Virus record (IMG/VR): IMGVR_UViG_2703718856_000005
Strand: one strand, 5' to 3'
Length of the DNA: 51,466 nt
Source of the DNA: a virus
Taxonomy: Duplodnaviria > Heunggongvirae > Uroviricota > Caudoviricetes
Made by a program: the position numbers and the translations under genes. A model generated the notes under the pieces. It saw only the letters and a program-made list of their open reading frames with translations. It searched no databases and had not been told where the DNA came from. The first letter of the stretch is position 1, and each line of letters starts with the position of its first letter. Positions 27,890 to 38,758 of this stretch are shown in pieces.

Positions 27890-28162
27890 TCAACTCAAGA
27901 GCCTTATTGCTGCTTCCAGAATTTCTTCTGAAGTAACATGTCGATCCGCGGCTACATAAATGACTTTATGATCTCCGGTCAGAGATGGAAACCCTGCGGC
28001 CATTACAGTAAGGTGTGTTTTTTCGCCATTTGGATATTCACGCATGATGGTGTTAACTCCAGTCATCGCTGGCACTACCACTGCTGGTTCAGAGTTAAAA
28101 AAAACTATGATTTTTTTCATGATGTTACCGTAGTATGTGAGTATCCATCGAATAGACACCAA
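27890..28162 (-). CDS. hypothetical small protein, YnfN-like (an internal start at 28045 would give 51 aa)
   Basis: 90 aa ORF between gnsB and cspI. Confidence 0.4.
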   Translation of the reverse strand: MVSIRWILTYYGNIMKKIIVFFNSEPAVVVPAMTGVNTIMREYPNGEKTHLTVMAAGFPSLTGDHKVIYVAADRHVTSEEILEAAIRLLS

Positions 28163-28391
28163 GCAAAAAAGCTCCCGAAGGAGCCTTCATTTTCACTTTT
28201 TTAAATCCAACGACAGACGGCTGGCATTTAAGTATTGTGAAATATTATCAAATGTAATCATCATTGATTTACAAAAGATACATTTTGCCCCGAAAGGATT
28301 CATGTCAGAAACATCAAAAGATGATGTTCTATACTGGGAACCATGACAACACGGGCATCTAAAGTGAATATGGTTTGTAATATTGTCTACC

Positions 28392-28604
28392 TCAAAGCGC
28401 CACTACATGAACAGCGGCAGGACCTTTAGGTCCGTTCTCAATACCAAATTCAACTTCCTGATTCTCAGTTAATGTTTTGAAATCGTTGCTCTGAATTGCT
28501 GAGAAATGGACAAACACATCTTTGCTGCCATCTTTCGGCGTGATGAAACCAAAACCTTTTTCAGGGTTAAACCATTTCACTAAACCAGTCATTTTGTTAG
28601 ACAT
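28392..28604 (-). CDS. cspI: cold shock protein CspI-like
   Basis: 70 aa; RNP motifs KGFGFI and VFVHF. Confidence 0.9.
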   Translation of the reverse strand: MSNKMTGLVKWFNPEKGFGFITPKDGSKDVFVHFSAIQSNDFKTLTENQEVEFGIENGPKGPAAVHVVAL

Positions 28605-28966
28605 AATTATTACCTTTTGAAGAAATTAGCCCTTGGGCAGAATGGTCCGAAAAAAAATATCAGAGAGAAAAACCAACAAGGAAATCTCAAGAGGTACAAA
28701 TAATAAAATTATAACAATGACTGCTTCAGATAAATTTGTAACAAACCAGAACACCATTAACGCATGATTAACCACCCATAGCAAGGATTACTTTTGTAAA
28801 GAAAAACACAGCAATGAAAGAATAGCTTTATTTATTAATAAAACGTGTCATTCTGATTAAGACCTTTTATCTTACCCTTAAGATTTCAGGAATTTTGGCT
28901 CATGGAAGAGTCCTTTTTATTTAAATTTTACATTCCGCGATGTAAATGTTCCGATTTAATATTACC

Positions 28967-29990
<1,024 letters not shown>

Positions 29991-29994
<4 letters not shown>

Positions 29995-30302
29995 AGATAT
30001 TTATGATGAGGACGCTCGTGCTTATTGGCAGGATTTTCAATCTTAAAGGAGTACTGATGCTGCAGATAAGACTCAACTTTTTCTGACAATTTTTCTGCTA
30101 CTTCCAGGAAGACTTGCCGGACGCTCCTTCTGGCTGCTGCCTCATAAAACTCCAGCGCAGCTCCTTCAACACGGTCCATGGCGACATCCAGGTCAAAAAT
30201 TTCACCGTCAAAGCGTTCTTTGTCCTGTAAGGCTACAGTTACCGTAACTTTATTCTCAAAATTACGGACTCCTTTCACAACCAGTTCATAGTCTTGAGTC
30301 AT
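29991..30302 (-). CDS. ydfR: YdfR-like protein (DUF1327)
   Basis: 103 aa between holin and endolysin, as in Qin. Confidence 0.65.
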
Positions 30303-30306
30303 TGGA

Positions 30307-30522
30307 TTACTCTCCTCTCGCAGCCTTACGCCTGTCTTCTTTAATCTTGAAATAAAGATTTGTCAGATACGTCAGCAGGCCAAAAACCAGGCTACCCAGC
30401 ACACCGATTGCAGCCCACTGTGACGGAGTTACTTTATCGAGTAACTGCAATGCCCAGAAACCAGCATTACCCGCCGATGTGCCATAGGCAACACCTGTTG
30501 TTAACTTATCCATTGATTTCAT
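30307..30522 (-). CDS. essQ: pinholin, phage 21 S-like, dual-start MKSM (71/68 aa)
   Basis: [26 protein letters not shown]...[32 protein letters not shown] resembles S21; two transmembrane domains. Confidence 0.8.
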   Translation of the reverse strand: MKSMDKLTTGVAYGTSAGNAGFWALQLLDKVTPSQWAAIGVLGSLVFGLLTYLTNLYFKIKEDRRKAARGE

Positions 30523-30741
30523 ATCCTCACCCCGATGTACACGGATGGTGCAATATGTTTGAAAAGATCGGAGTCTACGGGGTAGTTTTGACAGCACACG
30601 TTGTTCTCAACGGCGCTAAAAAAACATACACATTAAAAATGTGGGTAATTATTTTGAAAGAAAGTCATATATAAAATAATAATACGAGAAATGTTTTCAT
30701 ATTTAGTGTACTGTATACGGCCATTTATACAGGAAAAGCCT

Positions 30742-30912
30742 ATGTCAGAACGTAAAAACTCAAAATCACGCCGTAATTATCTCGTTAAATGTTCCTGCCC
30801 AAACTGCACCCAAGAGTCAGAACACAGTTTTTCAAGAGTACAAAAAGGTGCCCTTTTGATCTGCCCTCATTGCAACAAAGTATTCCAGACAAATCTTAAA
30901 GCTGTAGCCTGA
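30742..30912 (+). CDS. small zinc-ribbon protein (CxxC...CxxC), 56 aa
   Basis: CPNC and CPHC pairs; AGGAAAAG ribosome-binding site before ATG 30742. Confidence 0.45.
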   Translation: MSERKNSKSRRNYLVKCSCPNCTQESEHSFSRVQKGALLICPHCNKVFQTNLKAVA

Positions 30913-30971
30913 TTGATTTTATTAGTAACAAGTATTTTTTATATTTTAATAATATATTTAAAGCAGATAAT

Positions 30972-30993
30972 AAAAAACCCGCCTGAGCGGGTT
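30972..30993. terminator. bidirectional-looking hairpin terminator
   Basis: AAACCCGC-CTGA-GCGGGTTT with A-run on one side and T-rich sequence on the other. Confidence 0.4.
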
Positions 30994-31275
30994 TGAGATT
31001 GTGGTGCTTTTTGTGGGAGTCATCCACTTACGCACTTTGTTTTGCCATGCCAGCAGTTAGCTTCTGCTGTAAAACTATTCATGCAGCAAACCTGCACTTC
31101 ACCACAATGGTTAGCATACTTTTCCTGATTAATATTTTGCCAAATATGCTAGCCATTGTTTCATGTATTGGACCTCCTTACTTTTTATTAAAGAGATCCA
31201 ATATTCACTACTCTGTCCGTATCTCTACTCAGGCATCAGCCTTCTTCGTTATCGTATACAGACGAGCGATGAATT

Positions 31276-31491
31276 TTAATCAGTAATGATGACATTTGCT
31301 GCTGCAGGACCTTTAGCACCACTCTCTATAGAGAAGGTAACCTTTTGACCTTCAAATAAGGTTCGATAATTATCATTCTGAATCGCAGAAAAATGCACAA
31401 ACACATCTTTACTACCATCAACAGGAGAAATAAAGCCGAAACCTTTATCAGCGTTAAACCATTTTACTAAACCAGTCATTTTATTTGACAT
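31276..31491 (-). CDS. cspB: cold shock protein CspB-like
   Basis: 71 aa; [23 protein letters not shown] with RNP motifs. Confidence 0.9.
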   Translation of the reverse strand: MSNKMTGLVKWFNADKGFGFISPVDGSKDVFVHFSAIQNDNYRTLFEGQKVTFSIESGAKGPAAANVIITD

Positions 31492-31791
31492 TCTACATTC
31501 CTTAACTTGAGCCTTTCGGCATAAATGGTTTGCATAACAGAAACGACTTCGTACTTAATTGGAGAGACTCAAAGAAGGAATAAGTGAATAACACCTGAAA
31601 TGAGAACTGCTTTAGTAAACTACTTCGTATATCGTCTGTTCTTCAAACCGACGCAATCATTAACGCATAGTTGAACATATGAAGCAATGTTTATTTTAGA
31701 CATCCAGCCATCTTCAACCCCATCAAAAAACTATAGCTTTCTTCAGGAACGTGTGTATAGTGCGCCAAGTTATCAGTATTAAGGAATTTTT

Positions 31792-32004
31792 TTGTCCCGT
31801 AAAATGACAGGAATTGTCAAAACCTTTGACGGCAAAAGCGGCAAGGGTCTTATCACCCCATCCGATGGTCGTATCGATGTCCAGCTTCATGTTTCAGCGC
31901 TCAATCTCCGCGATGCAGAAGAAATTACCACCGGATTACGCGTGGAATTTTGCCGGATAAATGGTCTGCGTGGCCCTTCAGCTGCCAATGTTTACCTTTC
32001 ATGA
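31792..32004 (+). CDS. cspF: cold shock domain protein CspF-like
   Basis: 70 aa divergent Csp paralogue. Confidence 0.85.
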
Positions 32005-32296
32005 GCTATATTAAAGCTTTAATTTCAGGCCCCATCGGATCACACATGGAGAGTTTTTATGAATAACCCCGTCTGTCTTGATGACTGGTTGATTGGCTTT
32101 AAAAGCTTATGCTGTACTTTGGCCGTAATAGCTCTGCTAATAATATAATAAGCAGACTCATTGTGTTTAGGGACATTGTACTGGAAGAAAACATTTTAAA
32201 CATCAGGCAAATAACCAAGTCACCAGCTAAATAATAAGTTAACAGACATGAGTCCCGGGATGAGATTCAACATTACCATTGCCCCATTTAAAGCAC

Positions 32297-32320
32297 AAAA
32301 CCCGCTCATCAGCGGGTTTT
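32297..32320 (-). terminator. intrinsic terminator just downstream of Q; candidate tR' of the late transcript
   Basis: AAAACCCGCT-CATC-AGCGGGTTTT hairpin about 100 nt downstream of the Q stop. Confidence 0.5.
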
Positions 32321-32425
32321 CTACTTTTTCTTAACGTCGGGTATACAAAGCCCATCGTTGAAAAAATTTTATCCATATTTTTTGAAAAATGCAAACATCA
32401 TGTCGCCATCTTCAGCAAAAATCAT

Positions 32426-33178
32426 TTATCTCGTCACCTTCCTCAATTGCGCTTCCGCGTATGCTTCTTCCTGCCAGCACTTTGTTACCAGTTTACCAAT
32501 GACGTCCGCATACCCCTTATACCACTGATAATCGGTCAGGTCTGGTACCAGCTTCTGGACATGACGTCGTGCCAGCGTGGTCGGTAAACGACTAAACCGG
32601 TTTCCATTACAACGCCCACAAATCTTATATACCGGTACGCCATGAAACCGGGTTCTTTTTTCATCCAGAACAATCCCTTTACCCTTACACCCTCTGCACG
32701 CTGTGCTGGCTTCGCCCTTACCATGGCAATGCTGACATAGTTCCTTCACCCATTCTTCCTTGATTACAGATTCCCCGCGTCTGTAGTGTTTCACCACTTC
32801 GCGCAATACATTATAAAATCCCGTACCTGAACAATGCTCACCGCGAGCCTTACTTGCCGCAGACCTGGAGTAATCAGCAAAGGCAAAACTCACGAGGTAA
32901 GGAATAATCTGTAACCGGATTTCTTCACTCAATTTGTTCAATGTCGGGTTATCCAGTGCCATCGCGTAATTTAGCAGGCCTTCAATCGCAAACTGAGGGT
33001 CCTGAACACCAACTTTTGCCAGAAATAAGGCCAACCCAAGTGGTGCTTTCGACTGCACCATCCCCTGCGCTGCCATTACATCCGTAATTGTTAAACAACC
33101 GGTGCCTGTCGCTGGAGCGTCATCGCTCAATTTTGGAGATTTTGGGGAGTAATATTTTGGTAAGGCTTCAAGGTTCAT
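32426..33178 (-). CDS. quuQ: late-gene antitermination protein Q (250 aa from internal start)
   Basis: Cys-rich zinc-binding region CQHCHGKGE...CRGCKGKG and position upstream of the lysis genes. Confidence 0.8.
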   Translation of the reverse strand: MNLEALPKYYSPKSPKLSDDAPATGTGCLTITDVMAAQGMVQSKAPLGLALFLAKVGVQDPQFAIEGLLNYAMALDNPTLNKLSEEIRLQIIPYLVSFAFADYSRSAASKARGEHCSGTGFYNVLREVVKHYRRGESVIKEEWVKELCQHCHGKGEASTACRGCKGKGIVLDEKRTRFHGVPVYKICGRCNGNRFSRLPTTLARRHVQKLVPDLTDYQWYKGYADVIGKLVTKCWQEEAYAEAQLRKVTR

Positions 33179-33191
33179 GCTCGTTCTCCAC

Positions 33192-34280
33192 TTACGCCAG
33201 TACGCCAATTGCCAGCGCGCGATCGATAAAACGAAATATCAGCTCCAGTTGGGAGCCATACTTATCTTCAAATGCCACTGTATCCGTATGCAGCTCGTTG
33301 TGATGCTTTCTGCACAAAGGCAACACAAAGAGATCATGTGCTTTTGTTCCCATTCCGCCCTGCCCGTGACCAATCAGATGATGCGGATCGTCGGCTGGCA
33401 TACCGCAGCAAGCACACGGCTGTGTCTTAACCCAACGTGTGTATTTCTCCTTAACCCAGCGGCGACGTTTAGGCAGCTTCATGAAAGATTCCGGAGACTC
33501 TGGATCAACGGTGATGCTTACCACCGTCTTTTCCTGTGGTGATTTTTGTTGCTGGTGGGCGTAAGGCAACGGTGCAAGATTTTTTGTGCGTTGTTTCAAT
33601 ATGCTGGTGGCGGTCTGCTCTCCCGGTACGATGTCGCTTTCGCGGTACACCGAGCAGATTTTTTCCGCTGGTAATCCCAGCGAACGACGCGATACAGCCT
33701 CAGGTAGTGCATCCACCACCTGATTGCAGACCGCCCACCAGGATAATTCAGCCAAAGATAATTCCCGCTCCTGCGTACCGCTTATTGCGTGACGGATGAC
33801 GTCAATCACCCATGCTGTCAGATTTTGTTGAGCAAGCAGCTCCAGTGATTCCGATGTCTGGTCACGCAGTTGGTTGTCGCAGTGCCAGCACAACACCATT
33901 GCGCCGGTACCATAACGGTGAATGACTGTTTCAGTGTGATGGTAATCGCCATTAGGCCACTGGCAGGATGTAACATGACGTAATAGCCAGTCGGACAATG
34001 CGCCAACGCCGCCAGCAGCACGAATCACCCGTTCGTTACTAAAAAACGGCAGCAATGTTTTGTCTTCCGCCAGCGGCTGGCGAACGGCAGGAACGACTCC
34101 GGATGGCAGATTACGCATGCTTTTTGGTTCCGGTTCCACCAGCACTCGAGGATTATGAAATATCTGTATGGATTCACGGCCCGGCTTAAGGACCACCAGC
34201 CCAAGCTCAGGCACCAGAACAGGTCTAAGTAATACCCGCACGTTACCTCCAGATCCGTTGCTGGAAAGTGCGGGACGCAC
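33192..34280 (-). CDS. ydfU: DUF968-family protein with HNH-like Cys/His motif (YdfU-like)
   Basis: C-terminal PCACCGMPADDPHHL...LCRKHHNELH motif; start codon uncertain. Confidence 0.65.
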   Translation of the reverse strand: MRPALSSNGSGGNVRVLLRPVLVPELGLVVLKPGRESIQIFHNPRVLVEPEPKSMRNLPSGVVPAVRQPLAEDKTLLPFFSNERVIRAAGGVGALSDWLLRHVTSCQWPNGDYHHTETVIHRYGTGAMVLCWHCDNQLRDQTSESLELLAQQNLTAWVIDVIRHAISGTQERELSLAELSWWAVCNQVVDALPEAVSRRSLGLPAEKICSVYRESDIVPGEQTATSILKQRTKNLAPLPYAHQQQKSPQEKTVVSITVDPESPESFMKLPKRRRWVKEKYTRWVKTQPCACCGMPADDPHHLIGHGQGGMGTKAHDLFVLPLCRKHHNELHTDTVAFEDKYGSQLELIFRFIDRALAIGVLA

Positions 34281-34521
34281 GTGGTGGGCGTTCGGAATAA
34301 GGCAGCCTGACAGAGATTATCCAGTGCCGATAGTCGAGACTGAGAGCTTTCTTAACCTCGAACCCGCGCCTGCGGTAAGAATGAATCAGCCATTCGGCCT
34401 GTTCTGCAGTGCATGGAGGGTGCTGGAACCATTCAGACTTGAATGCGTGAGAATACCGCCCGTGCGTGCAGGCAAGAACGGGCGAATTATCAGAATTGTA
34501 ATATTTTGCGTTGCGTGCCAT
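34243..34521 (-). CDS. rem: Rem-like small prophage protein
   Basis: 92 aa ORF in the position rem occupies in Qin. Confidence 0.55.
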   Translation of the reverse strand: MARNAKYYNSDNSPVLACTHGRYSHAFKSEWFQHPPCTAEQAEWLIHSYRRRGFEVKKALSLDYRHWIISVRLPYSERPPRASRTFQQRIWR

Positions 34522-34587
34522 CGGTTTTCTCCGGTGGCACGGTGTTACTCAGCGGGAGTTCAGCCCCGCGCAAGATTGTAGATGAGT

Positions 34588-34839
34588 TTATTCTCCTGAA
34601 AAAGCAGAAAAGCCAGCTTTTATTCCGATCTCTTTCAATGCCTGTAATGAAGTGACAAACTCACCTTCGCGCAAGATAAATCCGTCCGTGACCCGAGCAT
34701 CCACAAAATTAATTAACGCAGCCCCATTCTTTCGCAAACACATAATGCGGTAATGACTAACAAGATTTCCATTTTCAACGCACACAGCATAGAGGCCATC
34801 TTCACAAAAAATTTTACGCAGTTCTTCGATGTTCATCAT
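34588..34839 (-). CDS. hypothetical protein, 83 aa
   Basis: ORF between rem and the terminator of the relBE-hokD operon; no family recognised. Confidence 0.4.
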   Translation of the reverse strand: MMNIEELRKIFCEDGLYAVCVENGNLVSHYRIMCLRKNGAALINFVDARVTDGFILREGEFVTSLQALKEIGIKAGFSAFSGE

Positions 34840-34955
34840 CAGAATCCTTCCGGATAATTAGCTCTCCCCTTTAAGGGACCATCCCTCTTATCCCTGCGCG
34901 CTACTTAAGTATTTTTGATTCTATTCCGGCACCGTCCAGAACTTCAAACGCGTTG

Positions 34956-34991
34956 AAAATAAAAACAAAAACCCGCCGAAGCGGGTTAAGT
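34956..34991 (-). terminator. rho-independent terminator of the relB-relE-hokD transcript
   Basis: AACCCGCTTCGGCGGGTT hairpin followed by TTTTTGTTTTTATTTT on the minus strand. Confidence 0.55.
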
Positions 34992-35055
34992 GCGGGTGCG
35001 TTGAGGATGCCTGCCACATCAGAGGTGGCGAGGGATTTCTCCCCCGCCGGGTCTC

Positions 35056-35211
35056 TTACTCCTCAGGTTCGTAAGCTGTGAAGACAGCGACCTCCGTCTG
35101 GCCGGTTCGGATTCGTACCTCGCAGAGGTCTTTCCTCGTTACCAGTGCCGTCACTATGACGGTTAAACAGATGACGATCAGGGCGATTAACATCGCCTTT
35201 TGCTGCTTCAT
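35056..35211 (-). CDS. hokD: Hok-family type I membrane toxin (51 aa)
   Basis: Hand translation MKQQKAMLIALIVICLTVIVTALVTRKDLCEVRIRTGQTEVAVFTAYEPEE; codons verified; below track cutoff. Confidence 0.85.
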   Translation of the reverse strand: MKQQKAMLIALIVICLTVIVTALVTRKDLCEVRIRTGQTEVAVFTAYEPEE

Positions 35212-35282
35212 AGCCTGCTTCTCCTGTCAACGCAAAGCAGAAGTGTCACCTTCGGTGCGAAACAGAGATGTCATGCTTTGGT

Positions 35283-35570
35283 TCAGAGAATGCGTTTGAC
35301 CGCCTCGCTATATACTTCCGAGCGTTCTCTTTTCCCAACAGAAATCACGAAAACGACAACTTTCTCGTCTATAACCTGGTATACAAGGCGATAGCCTGAA
35401 GACCGGAGCTTAATCTTGTAACAATCAGGCATACCACGGAGCTTGTTTGCTTCAATCCGGGGTGACTCAAGTACTTCAACCAGCTTCTTTTTCAACTGTT
35501 CACGTACCGTCGAGCCCAGCTTTCGCCATTCCTTTAGTGCCCGCTCGTCAAAATCCAGAAAATACGCCAT
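35283..35570 (-). CDS. relE: RelE mRNA interferase toxin
   Basis: 95 aa, recalled as RelE. Confidence 0.9.
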   Translation of the reverse strand: MAYFLDFDERALKEWRKLGSTVREQLKKKLVEVLESPRIEANKLRGMPDCYKIKLRSSGYRLVYQVIDEKVVVFVISVGKRERSEVYSEAVKRIL

Positions 35571-35809
35571 CAGAGTTCATCCAGCGTCACACGTACTGGC
35601 TTAGGATTACGAAGCCGTTCTTTCACTATCTCCACAAGTTCAGCATCTTCATCACTCAGGAGTGTCTGTTTGAACGGCAAGCGTTCATTGTCAGCGATAT
35701 ACTCGAGCATGAGACGAAGCGCTTCAGAAGGAGTTACACCCATTTTTTCAAGCGCGGCGTAAGAACGCGCTTTAAGTTCATCGTCAATACGCAGGTTAAT
35801 GCTACCCAT
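35570..35809 (-). CDS. relB: RelB antitoxin
   Basis: 79 aa, recalled as RelB; overlaps the relE start. Confidence 0.9.
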   Translation of the reverse strand: MGSINLRIDDELKARSYAALEKMGVTPSEALRLMLEYIADNERLPFKQTLLSDEDAELVEIVKERLRNPKPVRVTLDEL

Positions 35810-35833
35810 GTCTTACACCTCTTGTAATTACAA

Positions 35834-36139
35834 ATGTCATTACAAGTATCGCACTACAACATGCTTAGGGCAAGTCACGAAGGAAGTCAGAAAGTAGTCG
35901 TAAGAACGGTGATCACTGTCCGCTTTGTGCCAGGAGCAGCCATTGCTAAGTCCATCCTGTATTGTGCAGGTCAGCTCGTTTTTAAAGAGTCCGGCCATCA
36001 TCTTACTGGTACAGACACCATATACTTTGTGACGGTCAGGCTACATATGCACAACTCAACTTATTCATCTATTTTTTGCTTTAGCATGTCAGTGTTGCTT
36101 TCTCGTCGGCGGGTGAGCGGTGACCTGACCTGTCGATAA
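35834..36139 (+). CDS. ydfV: YdfV-like ORF; may not be a real gene
   Basis: 101 aa ORF with atypical composition in the position annotated as ydfV in Qin. Confidence 0.3.
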   Translation: MSLQVSHYNMLRASHEGSQKVVVRTVITVRFVPGAAIAKSILYCAGQLVFKESGHHLTGTDTIYFVTVRLHMHNSTYSSIFCFSMSVLLSRRRVSGDLTCR

Positions 36140-36291
36140 AGGAACGTAACACGTTTTATGCAACACCCGCATGCGGCAGAAAATTATTGCCGAACGTTTA
36201 CCCCTGTCAACAAGCTTTACTTTCTGAGGCGCGCCAGCCCGCGAGGAAAACAATCTGAACATCAAACAATTAATGACACAAGAAATACGAT

Positions 36292-36318
36292 TAAAGATTT
36301 TTTTGTGCATGCCGATAG
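36292..36318 (+). promoter_or_regulatory. sigma-28 (FliA) class 3 flagellar promoter for flxA
   Basis: TAAA, 15 nt spacer, GCCGATAG: close to consensus TAAA-N15-GCCGATAA, 23 nt upstream of flxA. Confidence 0.55.
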
Positions 36319-36341
36319 TGCTTTTTTAAAAGGAGAAATCT

Positions 36342-36674
36342 ATGTCTGTCACAATTCAGGGAAATACCTCAACCGTTATTTCAAACAACTCCGCCCCGGA
36401 AGGAACATCAGAAATAGCCAAAATCACAAGACAAATTCAGGTGCTGACTGAAAAGCTTGGGAAAATCTCATCGGAAGAGGGGATGACGACACAGCAGAAA
36501 AAAGAAATGGCTGCATTGGTACAGAAGCAAATTGAAAGCCTCTGGGCTCAACTGGAGCAGTTGTTAAGGCAGCAGGCAGAGAAAAAGAATGAAGACGCGA
36601 CAGTTCAGCCTGATAAAAAAGAAGAGAAAAAAGACGATACAAATACCGCTGGCACCATTGATATTTACGTCTAA
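36342..36674 (+). CDS. flxA: FlxA, FliA-regulated protein
   Basis: 110 aa, recalled as FlxA. Confidence 0.85.
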   Translation: MSVTIQGNTSTVISNNSAPEGTSEIAKITRQIQVLTEKLGKISSEEGMTTQQKKEMAALVQKQIESLWAQLEQLLRQQAEKKNEDATVQPDKKEEKKDDTNTAGTIDIYV

Positions 36675-36688
36675 GTGACAGCCGTATT

Positions 36689-36712
36689 GTGGCCCTCATC
36701 GGGCCACTTTTC
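36689..36712 (+). terminator. rho-independent terminator after flxA
   Basis: GTGGCCC-TCATC-GGGCCAC followed by TTTT. Confidence 0.55.
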
Positions 36713-37110
36713 GCCATCAGCCTTTTCTTTAAAGACATATTATCTTTGTATCATTTCTGATAGTTAACATTACAAGATATAAGTAATGGACGCACTCCCA
36801 ATTAGTCTATTTAAATCGCCACGAGTTTAACTGACAACCCATGATCAATTATGAATTGCAACTATTTCTGTAGTCACTTTTGTGGGGACAGTCCACAAAA
36901 CTGCCAACTTCCGCTTCTTGCTCTTAGCGGACATTAGCATAGGCTATTTACCATAACGCCTCATTACGCGCACCGCCCAGACTGACTCAGCGCGTTTCTG
37001 GCATATCCCCGGTAAAACAAGTAACAAACCACCCGAAAATGAACACCAGAAACGCGACTTAAGAATCTACCCTATGAATGGATATGCACTCAACCGAATC
37101 GATCTTGGTT

Positions 37111-38424
37111 TCAATCTTTTTTATCGGGATCAGGCTTCTTTTTAGGTAACTTCGGGGGCTTAACTTGCTGATGACTTTGCGTTCGGCGCGTAAGCCAGGG
37201 ATGGTCAGCTTTAGGTTTAACATAGTATTTTGAGCGTAAATCAATACGGGCATTATCCACTCGTTCATGGACACTCTTTTCATCATCCAGTGGTATAGGC
37301 TCCGGGCCATCAACATACTTTTCCCAGCCCAGCGCTTTCCCGTCATACAGAACGTTAATTTCACCGTCAAAGTTCTCGCATACAGTAACAACCGAATGCC
37401 TAAGTCGATATCCCCGGCCCTCACTGCGTACCTGAAACGCACTGCTTTTGTACTGGAAAGTGAGATTTTTAGACAGAACGCGCTTCGCCTGTAGGCTGAA
37501 GATATAACCCAGTTCCTCTTCAGAATGGTGCACATCAAGATGAGCATTATCAGTAGTACGAGGCGACGTAGCGAACCGGTTGTTATAGGCTTCAATAAAG
37601 GTCGGCAACCATGCATTTGCTGTTTCAATATCACTGATATTCTGAAGCCGCATTTCTTTGACCAGCCTGTCCTGTAGTGTCTGATTGGCGCGCTCTACCC
37701 GCCCTTTTGCCTGCGGGCTGTTGGCATGGATTGGCTCGATGCCCAGTGTCTTTATCGCACGAGTGAACTGGGTCAGCTCAACTTCCCGCTCTGGGTTATT
37801 TACCCTGAATATACTGTGTCTATCAGAGTAGAGAGCGAGCGGTACGCCATGATCATTAAGGTAACCCCGGAGGGTTTCCATGTAAGCCCGGGTTGTTTCA
37901 GCAGGCACAAAACGCAACGCCATCAACGCACTGGTGGCATCATCAATGAAAACGATCAGTGTACATCTGGGGCCTCGATTTTCAAACCAGTCATGAGGTG
38001 AGCCATCAATCTGGATCAGTTCACCGTAAGATGGTCGTCGCATGCGGCGTTGATATATACGGGCAATTTTACGACGGCGTTCACGCCATAACCCCTCTTC
38101 TATCATCCACTTTCTGAGGGTTTCAACGGATAAAGATAAACCGTGTATCTCGCGCAATTTTTCGCACGCAAACGTAGGTCCAAAATCAGCGTAACGGCCT
38201 TTGAGGAGTGAAATTACTGTTGCTCTGAATTCAGTAGAAAAGGAATTATTAGGACGCTTTCCACGTCGGTGGGAAACCAGACCAGAAGGCCCTTCATTTC
38301 TATACCGTTGCACCAGACGTTTAACCTGCCGAATAGAAATGCCAATGCGTGCCGCAGCTTGTTCCTGAATAATCTGAAGTCGGTGGAGTTCCTTATGACT
38401 CATCGTAACAGTCTCTTTGATCAT
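37111..38424 (-). CDS. DDE transposase with N-terminal helix-turn-helix and rve-type integrase core (IS481/ISNCY-like architecture)
   Basis: 437 aa; catalytic-core-like segments QIDGSPHDW, LYSDRHSIF and KGRVERANQTLQ; element ends not resolved. Confidence 0.8.
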   Translation of the reverse strand: MIKETVTMSHKELHRLQIIQEQAAARIGISIRQVKRLVQRYRNEGPSGLVSHRRGKRPNNSFSTEFRATVISLLKGRYADFGPTFACEKLREIHGLSLSVETLRKWMIEEGLWRERRRKIARIYQRRMRRPSYGELIQIDGSPHDWFENRGPRCTLIVFIDDATSALMALRFVPAETTRAYMETLRGYLNDHGVPLALYSDRHSIFRVNNPEREVELTQFTRAIKTLGIEPIHANSPQAKGRVERANQTLQDRLVKEMRLQNISDIETANAWLPTFIEAYNNRFATSPRTTDNAHLDVHHSEEELGYIFSLQAKRVLSKNLTFQYKSSAFQVRSEGRGYRLRHSVVTVCENFDGEINVLYDGKALGWEKYVDGPEPIPLDDEKSVHERVDNARIDLRSKYYVKPKADHPWLTRRTQSHQQVKPPKLPKKKPDPDKKD

Positions 38425-38758
38425 GAAAAATCCCCCAGAGAATTGTCTGGGGACATTTTAGAATGGTTCAAAGGGGACATTACAGCTTGGTGTTAACAAT
38501 AGCCTGCTTCTCCGTGCCTTTCGGCACGTAAGAGGCTAACCTACATGTGTCTAGCATGAAATTGGCCTCAGATTAATGTTAAGCGTCTTGCAGGACGCGT
38601 AATGTTAACTGGGGCTTTTCTCTATCTGCCGTTGGTGTCCATGCCCGAGGCAGATAGCCTCAAGCACCCGCAGTCATTCTACTTAACTAAGATTTCCCCG
38701 CAAACCGTTTTTGTCCAGCACAGTAAATATCCAACTAAACCAATGGAGTTCGCTGTAT

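Noticed and set aside
37059-37634. 191 aa minus-strand ORF
   Set aside because: Overlaps the 437 aa transposase gene in another frame; the transposase has clear domain motifs and is the real gene.
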